Counted from the stretch's first letter, positions 38,296 to 51,411 are shown. The stretch: DNA of 64,000 nt from Camelus dromedarius (GCF_036321535.1 NC_087436.1:56298001-56362000); one strand, 5' to 3'. Notes: a model not told the origin generated them from the letters alone. Program-made: numbers and translations.

Positions 38296-38649
38296 CCCAG
38301 GCTGGAGCTGAAAGTGCAGGACGAGAATCACAGGGGCTGCGGCCGCCCAGGGGAGTGCAGCTGAGCAGGAAGCCCAGCCTGGACCAGTGAGCGCCACAGG
38401 CCAGGCCGCAGCGGAGAGAAGGCAGGCAGGTGACTGCCGCTACCCATGGCCGCCCGGCTTGGACGTCGTCACCGGAGCTAAGAACAGTTGTACAAATGTG
38501 TATCTTGAATTTAGAAATCAACCTAATTTTCCTCTTAGTTGGGCTGTATGCTGTGTGGTACAGGATCTTACAGTTTCCTAGGAAACGCTTTTTATTGCTA
38601 TCCAGATATATGGATAAACTTTCTTAACAAACCCAGTTTCTACAAACGT

Positions 38650-38657
38650 TGTTTACA
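38650..38657 (+). promoter_or_regulatory. miR-30 family 8mer seed match (TGTTTACA) in UNC5C 3' UTR
   Basis: Exact TGTTTACA in the AU-rich proximal UTR; complementary to the miR-30 seed GUAAACA. Confidence 0.55.
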
Positions 38658-39449
38658 TCAAATTGGACAGGGATGCAGACATTGTCCATGGCTCGTTCTA
38701 TTTTTGTTTAAATCATTTGGAGTTGAAGCTGTGGATGGTTTGCTGTGTCTCTCTCAGATTAGTAATTTACAGAGACATCACAGACTTTTCCTACAAATCG
38801 TGTGCATCAAGTGTCTCAGATAACCTTCCCATCAGTGTTCTGTTTCTAGAACTTGTAGAACCCATGTTACTGTCTGTATCAGGGACGTGGGGAATCTAAG
38901 TGTAAAGGAGAAATAGCTAAAACACCTTATTCCTTGAGGGCGCCCACCTCCTGCCCTTGGGGAGTAAAGCTGTAGCCTCGCAGGAAGACAGTGATTCATG
39001 TTCAGCCACACAAACAAGCGTTTCTTCACAACATGTGTGTTTGTAATATGCAATTTGAAGTGTTTTTTTAAAGGTATTATCATTATTATTATTGATGAGT
39101 ATTTACAAGTATTCTAGTACAAGGATTTTCTTTAACTTCTGTTTTGTTAGCAGTACTGTTAGCGTTTAGCTATTGACTAGATCCGCGCACCTTCTCACGC
39201 AACAGGGTGGGCGTGGTCACCATTTTAATTAAACAGGCGTCGCTTCCTTGACCTCTTACCTTTCTCCCACCGCTCTGTCCTGGAAAGGTGGTCCATGCGT
39301 GCTGACTTCATCAGTCTGTTCTTTCCACTTGCTCAGGAAGGGGCTTTGTCCTGAGTCTTGTCATGGGACGCACCTCCAGGAAAGCTCACTTGGTATTGTG
39401 GTCACGTGGCCCCACACGCCGCCTGTTGGTCCTCTGTCTGCTGTGGAGG

Positions 39450-39617
39450 CAGTGTGGTTGGAGGGACAGCTTCTGACCTGGAAATCAAGAAACCAGTTCT
39501 CATTCTGGGTTTGTTGTTGCCTAGCTGTGCTACCTTGGGAGAGTCGTTTACCCTCGCTGGACCTCAGTCTCCTTACCTGTAAAAGGAAGGGGTAGGATTA
39601 GATCCACTCAAGGTTCA
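39450..39617 (+). mobile_element. MIR SINE within UNC5C 3' UTR
   Basis: ctagctgtgctaccttgggagagtcgtttaccctcgctggacctcagtctccttacctgtaaaagg. Confidence 0.75.
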
Positions 39618-41214
39618 AAAATGCTGGACTTCCACTGTGATGCCTCCAGTCTCATTCATCACTGTGAAGATCACAATGGACGCTGACCTGGATCATTTAA
39701 AGAATCACCCTGTCTTTTGCCCAGGCTACATTATGCCTTTCAAGTAGCTCCAACTTTGAAGATGATTATTCTAACTTGTAACATATTTGTTATGCTTTCA
39801 AGTCTCGTCTTTGTGTCATTGCATCATGCTGTTCACCCGGAGATGACATCTCTTAATCATCACTTTCTTTCCTCTCTTGGGACCACTTGCCTTTCTGACT
39901 AGTTGCAAATTATGTTCTATTACTGTTTTGGTTAAAAATTTTTTAATTAAAAAAATTTTTTAACTGAAAAATAGTCAGTCATTAGACTACTTTTTGTAAC
40001 TATGATATTTCCTTAGGACCACAGGCTCTTTGTTTTAACACAGAGACACCATTCATTCAGCAGGTGGGAAATAAAGAGTCAAGACTGAACAACAAGCACC
40101 CGTACGTATGAATCAGAACTTTCAAAACATACCTGTGGTTTACTTTTGGGCTGAAGGTATCGAGATTGCTGGCTGGATTTGATTTAGAAATAATGTTATA
40201 CATTTTTCCCCTTCTTTCCACATATAATTTCCTCTCCTAACTATTTTGGTAACTTTTGATATTCCCAGGTTCTTCCATCCTCATCATTGAGAAACTTAAT
40301 ACTTTGATAGGGAGCTTTTTCTTTCATACCTTTCATTTCTTATCTTCTGTCTCAGAGATACAGCCCAGTCTCTCTTTCAGGCCACTCCCTGTACCACATA
40401 TAAAAATACATTACACTGGTTGTGAAAGGGAAAGACTGCACGAATAAACAAGTTCAGTGGATAGTAATACATTTACAGCAATGCGTATGTGACCAAAAGA
40501 CAGTAAAGCTATTCTACATAGAACAAATTTTAAATATATAATTTTTAAAAATGAGGAGGAGAAAAGAAAGTTATTGTCCACTGCTGCATCTTGAAATAAC
40601 TTCTCAAGATTGCTTATTACTGGTTTGGGCCACTCTCATCTGTGGAAGTCAACAATTAGAAATCTTTAAAAAAAAAAAAAAAAAAGCAAAGAGTAGAAAG
40701 GAGCAAATAGATAGTATCCAGATAAATCAATTTCAAAACTGACTTAAAAAATCATCAACAGAAATACAGAAGCTAGCAGGAACTACATTTTCGCAGCCAT
40801 TGAGGGCCTGAGGGGTTCCCTTCAGGTGCTTCGTGGTTTTTGGTTCTACTTCTCAGCGCCTGAAACGGGACGCACAGTTGATTCCCTGTAAGTGAGGCAC
40901 TTACCTGTCATGGACCCCATCACGTCATGTTCCCTGTCAACTGAATGTCCATGTCCGTACGTCCAACACATCATTTACATCAAATAATTTTCACTGCAAG
41001 TTCTGATTTCCTTCTTGTAAGGAGTGAAGTACCAGCTGTTAGGTTGCTCTCAAATGCAGAAGGTGCAGACTCAACAGTCCAGCACATGGGGAGTTACTTC
41101 ATCAGCCCTTCTGTGACACGTCCTGCCTTTAATTCCTAGCGCTTCTATGTAGCTTGTGAGGAAAGAGCTGCTGACTTCATCTGGAAGGAAAAAAAAAAAT
41201 CTGCCACTTGTGCC

Positions 41215-41233
41215 TGGTGCCATCTAGTGGTGG
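41215..41233 (-). promoter_or_regulatory. CTCF core motif
   Basis: Minus strand reads CCACCACTAGATGGCACC, matching the CTCF core CCASYAGRKGGCR. Confidence 0.6.
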
Positions 41234-44200
41234 ACAACACTATCTACCCTGAGTTTGGTAGAAAAACTCAGGAAAAGCTGTCTGACAAAAGAAAAGAAAA
41301 GAAAACCTGTAGAGTCAACAGGACCTTTATGACAAACAGGTGTGGGGAAAGGCTCACTTCAAGTACAGTTGTCTTATTCTCACATTTTTTCACTTGAATT
41401 TCCCGTATCAAAAATTATGTCATTATGAACCTAGTATGTTACTCATTGATACACAACATGTCTCAAGTTGGATTTTGGTTATAGAAATTATCGAAATACA
41501 TATAAATCTTTACAAAACAGTTTTTAAAGAGTTGTTCTTAACACATATTTTTCATTGGGCTTTGTGTGTTTTAAATCATCTTTTAGTTCTCTAACAATTA
41601 GTTTTGGAGTGGAAAAAGCATCCATGTAGAAATAAGTTTTATATATGCAAATGAAAGTACTATGTCCAGTGAAGCGAAAATTGTGGTTGTTACTCAAGAA
41701 GAAATTAGCTTCCTTTCTTCTGAATTTGGAGATCTAAAGGCAGAGGTTTCATTCTGTTTTCATTTTCCTCTCACCAAATTCATGCAGATTTCCTTAAAGT
41801 GATCTGGGAGGAACAGAAGTTAGATTCAGAACTGATAATTAGGCACAAGGCGATGCCAAACGTGTAACACCGAGGCGCTCACAGCCAACAGCCTTTTCAT
41901 AAACAGCATGAACACAGGCGAGGCTGCTCACCTCAGCTACGCAGAAAAATCCCCATCCTCACATGAGCCATGTAAGCGCCTCCAAAGCCAGGGCCGCATT
42001 TGGGGTGAGACGTCCGTGACTGAAGTGCATAGCCATCAGCCATTTTTATATATACTGTTACTTTATAGACTTTAGTCTCCCAGCATTCAAACCATAGAAC
42101 CGTTCTTCAGGGAGACTTCATGGAGACTGAGTCCACAGCACCCTGGAATCCACAGTCAGCAGTGTTTTCACAGAGGTGTTTCTCCTATAAGTGAAATGCC
42201 TTCAAAGTAAACATCCCAATGGTAGAATCGAGATTTCTGACTTCTGGAGAGGAGCAGACAAGGCTCTTGCTGTGCTCCTGGTCTGCTTTCCCCTCCGGCA
42301 GTAACGTCCGGGGAAGGCAGCAGCTGAACACCTGTCTCCCCAGAATTCACAAGCCTTTGCCGCTACACGCTCCACCCCCATGGAGGCAAAGAAAGTAAAA
42401 GTACTGACCTGCCGGAGAGCGTCAAGTAGGTGGAAGACATTCACTTGTCGAGTTTTCAGTCTTCAGCTTGAATGGGAGCTTTGGCTTTTGCTGAACAGTT
42501 GTTCTCGACAAGTTAGCAGTTTCGCACGGAGAAGCTCAGTGCAAGGCCAAAGCCGATGAGAGACAGGATGGCTGGAAACAGCCAAAGTGAAGTTAGGTTT
42601 TATCCATCTTCTTTGAGAACAGAGGAGCTTTTGTGAATCAGAATGCCTTTGCTCAAAGCCAGTTATTTGTAAAGATGATTATAAGGGTCAAGGAGCATTA
42701 GATTTTATGGATCCCATAAGGAAAATATTTTTATTATTGATTATCTCAAAGAAATACAACATTGATTTACCTTTCGAGTGCCTCATAGGACCAACTATTA
42801 CACTTTGCTTCTTTGGATTGTTTCTGTGTGTGTATTTTTTTTAAACCTGACTGAGCTAGTGTTGACTGAAATCCTTAGAACTTTGCCTCTGTGCAATGGA
42901 GTGCTATTTCTTTACCCTAAGAAATCCATCTGTTTAATCTCTGGCTGTAATGATCACTTTGAAATAGTTCCCTTGCATCGCTAATGATCTTTTTAATGGA
43001 ATAACGCATAAGGGGAATAAATACATAGTAACCATTGTTAAATTAAGCCTGTGTCCATACAGGTCAAGTAAGCCAAATGGAATCATAAATATTTCCAGAA
43101 TTCATGACTGAAAATCAACTATTTTTGAAAAGTAGGGAGATGGCCTTGTATGTCACCGGGCGAGTCTCCCCTCAGACTAACAATTAACTTCCTGATCCTT
43201 TAGTCTTATCAGCCTTGTGTGATCGCCCTCATTTTCAGAAATACTACTCTAAACATCTGTCTTCAGAAGAGTTCATGGCTCTCTTTACAGTGGGCTTGTC
43301 ACCTCCCTGTGTTGATCTCCAGGTGGGATATTAATGGGCTCATTCAACCACATGTAACATACACGCCTCGCCCTATTTTAACACAGACAGGGGAGGTGCT
43401 GCCAGGAGGGCAGACAGACAGGCCTGCACAAATGCACGAGCACACAAAACCAAGCGGGTGTCAGAGGCTGCTTCCCAGCCTGCCGTGTACTTACACTCTT
43501 GCACAGCGCAGAGGTCTGTCCAGAGATCTTCCGGAATCCCAAGTCAGGAATCCTTGCAGAACGTCACAAGAGTCTTGGCCTACCAGCTGTTGAGTAGAAA
43601 ACAAGAACGGTGCCCTGAGATACAGTCAGCTGCCCACCAGCTGAAGGCTCTGCTCCTGTACACCAGCCTTCTAACATGCCATTTCAGATTGTGCCTCAGC
43701 GAAAGGATGCATTGCTGAAGGCCATTAACACTTCAGGATCTTTTACAAATATGCTTGAATCCTACATGCCAACCTTAAATTCCAAAGGTCTGCTGGGCTT
43801 GGCACTAATCAGAGCTGCTGCTAAACCCGATGGCATCGACCTAGGGTGAAATAACGCTCAGTTCTGGAGTTCAGAACGTGAGTCGTAGGCAAATTTTGCT
43901 GATCAGCAGCCTAAGAATTGATGAGCCCTTGACCTCTGATCATCAGCACAACCTCAGAGAATCATGGCCTGAGCTGTGTGTCCTGGATGTTATGCCTGTT
44001 TAGAACAGCATGAAAGAGCACAAAATCTACAGCCAGCGGGAAATGCCTTCGCCCTTGTATGTGCTCAGAGTCCCTATGACACCTATAAACATAGGGGTAT
44101 ACATTCAAATGCACACTCCTCCAGGCTTTGGGAAAGAAAGAGGACAGCGATCAGGACAAGCTGAGTGCGATTTGCATTCTCCCCTTCGCCCCTTCCCAGG

Positions 44201-44817
44201 CCGCCCCTTGGAAGGGATTCCCTCACTCTCCAGACAGAATGCACGTAGCCCAGTGGCAGGGAATATCACCTCTGTGTGTGCGTGTGTATGTATGTGTGTG
44301 TTGGATGTCACAGTGTTGTATGTGTTCACTGAGTTTAATGTTGACCTGTTGCAAGTTGGTGACCTCCCTCTTCGCCCTTTCTAAAGAGGAGAAGCAGAGT
44401 GTGTCAGAGGAAACTCCCCAGCAGTCCGCTGTGAAGGGCGTGTCGGGCACCTGCTATTCCCTGTGGAACAGTTCAACCGCAGAAATGTCAGATTAAGGTT
44501 CTGTGCTTGGTTGGATTTCTTTCTTTAAACACGACAACACAAGCTTGGCTTTTCAGATACAGAACACTTCTTTTGTGGTGGAGTTCCCTCCTGCTGCACC
44601 TTCTATGCAATTTCTTTTCCAGAAGCTCCCCAGCGGACGCGTGCTCTCTGGGCGACCTGTCCGCGGCGGGGGTGAGGGATGCCCGCCTGGCCGTGCCTCT
44701 CCCCTCTCGCCGGCTGCCTCTCCCCGTCTTTCCTGCAGACCCTGGGTTTGTAAATTTGCCTGCATTTATTCTGTCAGCCACTATGTATAAAATGTAAGGA
44801 AGAATTTTTAAACAGGT

Positions 44818-44875
44818 AATAAATTATATTTATAAGCAACAGAGAGTCCCGCCTCCCCTGTTTCTTTGTAATAAA
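44818..44875 (+). terminator. Tandem polyadenylation signals (AATAAA 44818-44823 and 44870-44875), probable distal UNC5C 3' end
   Basis: Two canonical hexamers with upstream TGTA motifs and downstream GT/T-rich sequence (ctgtgttccttc); a MER5 repeat starts shortly after. Confidence 0.65.
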
Positions 44876-44984
44876 GCCTCCTCTGTGTGAAGACTCACAC
44901 TGTGTTCCTTCAGTTGGACAGAAAGCCTCCTGGATTCTGCAGGGATGGTCATCACAGCCTCTCCGGGGGCCACAATGAGGTTCT

Positions 44985-45150
44985 AGAACGATGCTTCTCG
45001 GGCCTCTCCACACTCGGAATCACCCTAGGAGATCTAAAAAAATACCACTGCTGGGACCTCACTCTTAAGAGAATCTGAATTCATGGGTCTGGGGTGTAGC
45101 CTGGGCGGTGGGAGTTTTCTAAGCTCCCAGGAGACCAGTGAGCAGTTAAG
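44985..45150. mobile_element. MER5-family MITE
   Basis: ggaatcaccctaggagatctaaaaaatacc ... tctgaattcatgggtctggggtgtagcctgggc ... aagctcccagg. Confidence 0.65.
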
Positions 45151-46091
45151 GGGGAGAAGGACGTCTGGGGACGGCTGGTCAGGAGGCCCCAGGGAGGAGG
45201 AGTGGGAGCCCAACGCTCTGAGACCCCAACTTAAAGGAAGTCTGCAAACAGCCGCACCGGCAGGTAGGAAATGAATGGGGCACCGGGAACGGGAGGCCCA
45301 GGCAGGCCTGTTCAACTTGCTCCAGGACAGCCAGCCCCCCTGTTCAGGGTGATGAGCCAGAGAAAGTCTCCAAGTGCGCAGTGGACACACGGTGGCCCCG
45401 TCCTTAGTGAGAGGACTGTGCGGGCTGCTCCCGCCCCAGCCCCTCCTCAGCCTCACAGCCTCGGGGAGCAGCGGTGCCCCCGGACCTCAGACTCAGTCCA
45501 GCCCGGTCACAGAGCTGGCTGTGTGTCGGGGCTGAGGAAGTGGTGGCCACACGTGAAGTGGAACCTGGGTAAAAGAGAGGGGAGGAGTGGGTCCCGCGGC
45601 TGGGAATTTAGCTCCATTCGAAGAATAGAAATTCAAAGAACAAAACAGCACTGCGCACAGCAAGCTCACAGTGGCGCAGACTCAGCCCACAACCGTCCGC
45701 TGGGCCCTGCTTTGGAGGCCGGGATTCCCATAGGGAAAACCAAACCCAGCAAAGGGTGCACACACCCTCCAAGTCAAGTCCGTGAGGCCCCTGCCTGAGC
45801 CCCTGTCTGGTTGCGGTCACTGGAAAGTTCTGGGACATGGGCTCTCTGCAGCAGCACAGGCCGGCTCAGACCCTCCTCAGCCCAGGGCTCCCTCCAGCCA
45901 GTGAATGCCACCACCCAGGGCAGGAACTGCTCTGCAGGGAGAGAGGTTCTGAGCGCGGGGTCACCTGTGCCCTGCTGTGACCTGAAGGAACCAAGGTTGC
46001 AACTTAAAAGTCCCAAGAGAAGACCCTATTCACCTCAGCTGGGATTTACTATCCATCGGCCTTTGAGTCCTGGGAGGCCCACAGCATACAG

Positions 46092-46141
46092 GAGAGGGGT
46101 GCAGGGAGGGTGAGAGGGGTGCAGGGAGGGTGGGAGGGGTG
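46092..46141 (+). repeat. 20 bp G-rich tandem repeat (2.5 copies)
   Basis: gagaggggtgcagggagggt x2 followed by gggaggggtg. Confidence 0.9.
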
Positions 46142-47894
46142 TCCCCACAGCGGACTCTGGCTTGTTGTAAATGTCGCTAGCTTTACATCCTGTGAAACTA
46201 ACGCCAGGGAGGAGAGCAGCATTTACGAGCACCTGCTGTGAGCCTGGCCCGAGTCACCACGCGCTTCACACAGTCACCCCGCCTATTCCTCCCAAGAGCC
46301 CTGCGAGGCGGGGACCGTGGTCCCAGTGTACTGCCCCAGAGCTGAGAAAGTGAAACCATGGGTGGGAGTAAAATCTGAGTCCTAATGCTGGGACGAATTC
46401 TCTGGGCAAAAGTGCAGCTGCCTAAACACGGCCAATCACACAAAAACCAGGGAGCCCCTGGTAACTGAGATGCACACTTTCCTGTGCTGTCCGTGCCCAA
46501 CCCGTGCTGGGTTCCCTCTCTCCTCACCCGCCTCCCAAGGACGCCCTCCAAACCACGCTTTCCACTCTGCCCTCCAGGATGTCCAGTCCCTGGAAAAATA
46601 ATCTAACACTTTCCCCCTCTCCCTGCAGAGGGTTTTCTCTTCTCAGGGGCACTGGCTCAGAAACCCCAGCAACACTCTCGTGGTCCCACACCCCAGGGAC
46701 CTCACAGCTGCGGGGAGGACAGGGTCTTTCTCATACTGTTAGGCTGCTTCCAGGTCACTGCCCATGCACAGAGCCCTGCTCCCCCGTACGTCAGGCCAGC
46801 AGGCCCCACCAGCCTGTCTCCGCTTCCGCCCCGCTGCTTCTGTAGCCCTGGAGAATCTCACCTCACAACCTTCTCGTCACTGGACTGCCGCCATCCCCGG
46901 AGGCTTCAAAATCCAGAGACAGATCTGCAGGCCTGGCATTTGGCTTCCTCTTTCATCACCAACAATCTTGTCTGCTAACTAAATCCGCCCACCCCTCTAG
47001 TCACACCTTCAGCCTGTCCTCAGTCCGGCTGCTCCGTCTTTGGAATCCTGACTCTGAACACAGCCCCCTTCCCAGGAACTGCGCCCACACCCCCTCCACC
47101 CCCTCCACCCCGGCGCAGCTCCCTGTCCTTTGACCTGCTTCTTTCAGCCTATCAGCTGCCTCCTCTTTCATCACCTCCCACCCCTGGACCACGTGAGCCA
47201 CCCCCGAGGGTGGTAATTCTGATCTCCCACGACCCTTGCCACCTGGGCCTGATGCCTTGCGCCTCCCGCGAATGAATCCAGGCCACAGTCTCCACGCCTG
47301 TTTTGGGTCACTGATGAAAAAGTAAAGTCATAAAGCTTCACAAAGTCTGCAGTAACAGCTACTATTCAGTAGTAGTTGAGTGCTCACCTCATGCTTGGCG
47401 CATGGATCATTTCACTTCCTCTTCAGAACTGACGCACACAGCAGAGAGAAGTATTGTTCTTATCTGCAAGGGAAGCAAATTGAGTCAAGAGGTCAAAACA
47501 TGCCCAGTGTCACAGAACCGAGCGGATGAGCACGCCTGGACTCACGTGGCTGCCTGAGGGTCCAGAGGCCACAGCTCAGCCACTGAGCCACGCAGTTAGT
47601 GCCCCTGGCGTGGCCACCATCCCTCTGTGATCGCCCACAACGCAATTGTAAACCTTGTCACTCCTGTCAGACCACCGACTTCTCCACCTTTCCTCTCTCC
47701 CCACAGACAACTGTGCCTCCGAACCAGACAGAACAGGAGCCCTTGGACCTTCTGTCTTGCTCTCCTGCCACCAAAGGTACAGACTTACCGGCACTGCTCT
47801 CCTCAGCTGCCTTTCCCGCCTATTTTTGAAGAGGAAAAAAAGACCCAACTGTAAGATAACAGACTTGTTCTTTCCAAGGCGAGAATGAAACCGT

Positions 47895-47900
47895 TTTATT
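47895..47900 (-). terminator. Distal BMPR1B polyadenylation signal (AATAAA on - strand)
   Basis: TTTATT on +; lies at the boundary between the AT-rich UTR-like sequence and the GC-rich intergenic segment; T-rich element downstream on the - strand. Confidence 0.65.
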
Positions 47901-50900
47901 GGGGGGAATGTTAGAACAAAGCCATATACAATTTGTAACAAATACAACTGTTTGTTCCCTAGTCCTGAATAATTACAGTATATACAATACAAACTCAGTA
48001 AGGCACTGGTTCCCTGAAAGAACACAAGTGAGTCTTCTTTTGAAACAGACAGACAACAAAATCCCTTATATATCCTAACTGTTCTCCGAGAAATGTGGCA
48101 TTGGTTTTCTGTTTTGTTTTACAAAAGGAATCAAAGCTGCTAAATTAAGCCACTTCTGATGCCACTTCTTTCATTTCCACTGCGATGTGACTAAGTTTTC
48201 TAAGGAGATGTAATGACAGAATTATTCAGGTTTAAAAAACTGGACTTCTTTCAGTGCCTTTCCACCTACAAACAAGGAAGAACCAGAACAGACCAAAGCA
48301 CAGGACACTGACTCGTGATGACTATGCGTGACCCCGGGAACGTGAAAATCGGTCATTACCCAGCACTTGCTCTCGCTGGCTACACAGCAACTGAAATGTG
48401 TCAGAGAATCCCCTGCATATACAATCTTAGTACGCTTTCCAAGAAGCTTTGTTTTGAGAACAAAAAGAACGGTCACTAGTGGCTTTTGAGCGGTGCTTTC
48501 TAGGAGGTCAAAGGCCTGTCTCCTCACAGTGTTCACAGCACTGTCGCCTGTGATGAACAATCCACACCCTTTTATAAATAAATATTATGTTTCATTTAGT
48601 ACTTTACCATCCATAATACTTTACTCTCTAATCCACATGGTGGAGTTGTGCCAGACTCCAGACTGAACATAATATTTATATATACATATATATTTATATA
48701 ATATATACACACATACAAAAACTATAAACCCAAACAAACATCTTAGCATACAAAACTTGTATTAGCTAACAAGTAATATTTTAGGATTCCTTTGCAGGGA
48801 AGCGATTAGAAGAAAATCTTAGTCTTTGAAATCATCCTGAAAATAAGCAATCAACTACATTATTTCCAGGTTCCCATGAGTTTACTGAAAGACAAAACAA
48901 AAAAATAAAATAAAATTCACTCTGAGCTACCAGAAATTTAAAAATCAAAATGAATTATTTGGAAGTAGGTAGTCTCTTTAAGGACAATTTAATATTCCCT
49001 AAGCAAGGTGGATTTTGGTAAGATACAAAGAAAAATCTATTCATAAATAAATTCTTCTCTCATTGAAAGACTATAATAACTAAATGGGCCTTTTTAAGTA
49101 TCAGGAAATATTTTTAAATGTTCGTAGTGAGTCAGTCGGGTTGGGGATTAGAAAGTGAGCTATCCATTTTTTCTAAAGCAAACAAACAAATTATACAGGA
49201 GAAACTTGGATTCTATTTTAATTTCTTAGCCTTCTTCACAGAAATCAACACCTCCCTAAGAAATCTAGTTTACTTTCAAATCATCACTTCCCTACAACAT
49301 ATTCTGATTTGAAGTTATCCATGTATAAGAGCTCACCAAACACAGAACACATTTTTACCTAAGATGTAAGCCCAACATCACTTAAATTTAGGGAAAGTCA
49401 AGAAACAAAAACTTAAATGTTTACTTATTTGTTTGTAGATGACCTGATTAGAGGCACTGAAGTTTCTCCCCTGGGCTCAGATGATTAGCACACTTAGCTC
49501 TAGCCACATACCCCTCCTCAGCTACCACAAAGAACATGATTTAACACAAGAGAAAGGAACCTTTACACCACTATTCAGGTTATCTTAATATCAGTAAAAG
49601 CAGCATTCTGATTACCATTATATTTGGAACCAACTGTTCTTAATCTTTGAAAAAAGAGAAACTTTTTCATATTCAAGGATTAAGAAAATATTCTTTGTTA
49701 CACAGGGAGATGTGGTTATGAAGCACTGGGAAGTGAATGCTGAATGCAGGACACTGTTTCTTCTGACACTTTTCCAAACCGTAAGCACAGCTCACAGCCA
49801 GTCTCTGCCCTTGGATGCTTCCTGGAGGAGCCTGTCACCAGCTGCAGGCCCACTTCAGAAGTGAGGAAGAAGTCCCCACGTTTCATGCAGCTGTCACATT
49901 TTCAAAAACTCTCCATCTTTCAGCCACCAAGTGGTGACATGAAAATGTGTTATAAAACACTGCCCTCTGGAGTATTCTGGTAGGTACAATCTTTTTTTTT
50001 TTAAGGGGTGAGAGGAGGTACTTCCCAGTTCTTTACTAAACACTACAGAATTTCTATGGAAAAGAAAACCACAGCCAGGAATTAAATGAAGTTGAAAGGG
50101 ATGTATATACAATTTTAACCTTTATTATGCTAAGGAATACTGGCCCTGTCAATGACATGACTCAACTTTGCTCAAAAGGTCAAACCCCACAGAACTGAAC
50201 AGGTGAAGAGATGTTTGGCACCAGTGCCACAGAGAAGAAAAAATAATAAATTAAAAAGTGAACTGAACATCATGAGAATAAAATAAACAGCCAGCATTCC
50301 TAAGATGTGAAATTATCACAGAAGATGTACATACTCGATCCATACCTACCCTAGGATAGCAGATCGCAGCAGCCATAATATTTTGTGGCCTCCACTAGCA
50401 TCCCTCTCCTCTCCCAGAGGGTTTATTTATCTATTTTTAAATTAAAATTTAGTTAAATTAACCTCACATATGTTTCCTCTCCTTCCCTTAACTCAGACAC
50501 GCAGAAGGCAGATGGTAACAAAAAGAAGCCATCTCTATCTGTGCACGGTAAGGTGTGCCAACTTTTCCCTGGTGCTTCTGAGAAGGGCTCATCTGAGTAT
50601 TTAAGAAACAAGGCATTTGCACCTCCACCCTCAACCCCTACCTTTCTGACACATCTTATAGCACAAGAGCAAATTCTCTTTTTTAAGCACCTTGTCTTCC
50701 ACAACTGATGGCCATTTTACTTAATATTGATCCTTTCACTTGCATGATCAAAAGCATGCATGGGCCACTTCTCCGCGCATAAAAACAGCTTTGTTTGCGT
50801 TTACTGAAAAGGAAGGGATTTTACCGTGAAAGAAAATGCCTAACAGAATCAGAAACACACAGTGGTTCTGAAGAATAGTGTCAACATTTACATCTAATAG

Positions 50901-51234
50901 AGTCACATAAAACCTTCATTTGTTCTGTGCATCCTCTGACGTTGCAGAAGGTCACCTGCAGGAATCCCAGACTGTGCCCCGCCAGGCGGTGTCCGTACCC
51001 AGGTGCGTCCACACGGCCCGGGCCGGGCCGCGGGGGGGGCAGGGGGCTTTCAGGATGAGTCCCACTCGCTGCTCTCCCCCTTCATAGACTGTCTTCTGAT
51101 TGGTAGAGTGCAACACAAAGTACCCATGGCAACACACAGCTGCATTTACCTTCCAGGAGAGCTTCTGGGAAGAACTTGTGTTGTTATTATTTAAACTGTA
51201 ATAGTATAAACCTTAAAACATCTACCTTATTTGT

Positions 51235-51240
51235 TTTATT
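51235..51240 (-). terminator. Proximal BMPR1B polyadenylation signal candidate
   Basis: AATAAA on the - strand (TTTGCCAAAATAAAACAAAT) about 320 nt after the stop codon. Confidence 0.5.
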
Positions 51241-51411
51241 TTGGCAAAATTAAAGCATCTTTAAAAAAAAAAAAAGGCAATCCCAAAATATAGGGCTTTC
51301 TTAGAAAGCAACATGCATCACATCTTAAACAAGTTACCCAAGCAGTTTCTCCCTCCTACAAACAGACACGATGAATCCGTGTTTCTGGGAACTTCTCTCC
51401 TTGCAGGCTGC

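Larger units (their letters stand above)
38296..44900 (+). other. UNC5C: UNC5C long 3' UTR (predicted extent)
   Basis: Follows the stop codon; few repeats; ends at tandem AATAAA (44818, 44870). The length agrees with my recollection of the long human UNC5C 3' UTR; the exact end is inferred. Confidence 0.65.

Noticed and set aside
38293..38364. Stop-codon read-through of UNC5C (TGA-C, 22 further codons)
   Set aside because: Context is TGA-CCC rather than TGA-CTAG, and the extension length is unremarkable.
39931..39964. Near-palindromic AT-only segment in the UNC5C 3' UTR
   Set aside because: Low-complexity A/T runs form palindromes readily; no supporting evidence.
45034..46982. Dense ORFs in the intergenic gap suggesting a hidden gene
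   Set aside because: Explained by high GC content; they overlap MER5/MIR fragments and show no coherent exon structure.
51295..51309. GCTTTC-TAA-GAAAGC triloop hairpin (- strand) as a Roquin CDE
   Set aside because: The loop UAA does not fit the Py-Pu-Py CDE rule; it also matches a STAT site (TTCnnnGAA), which is too common to call.
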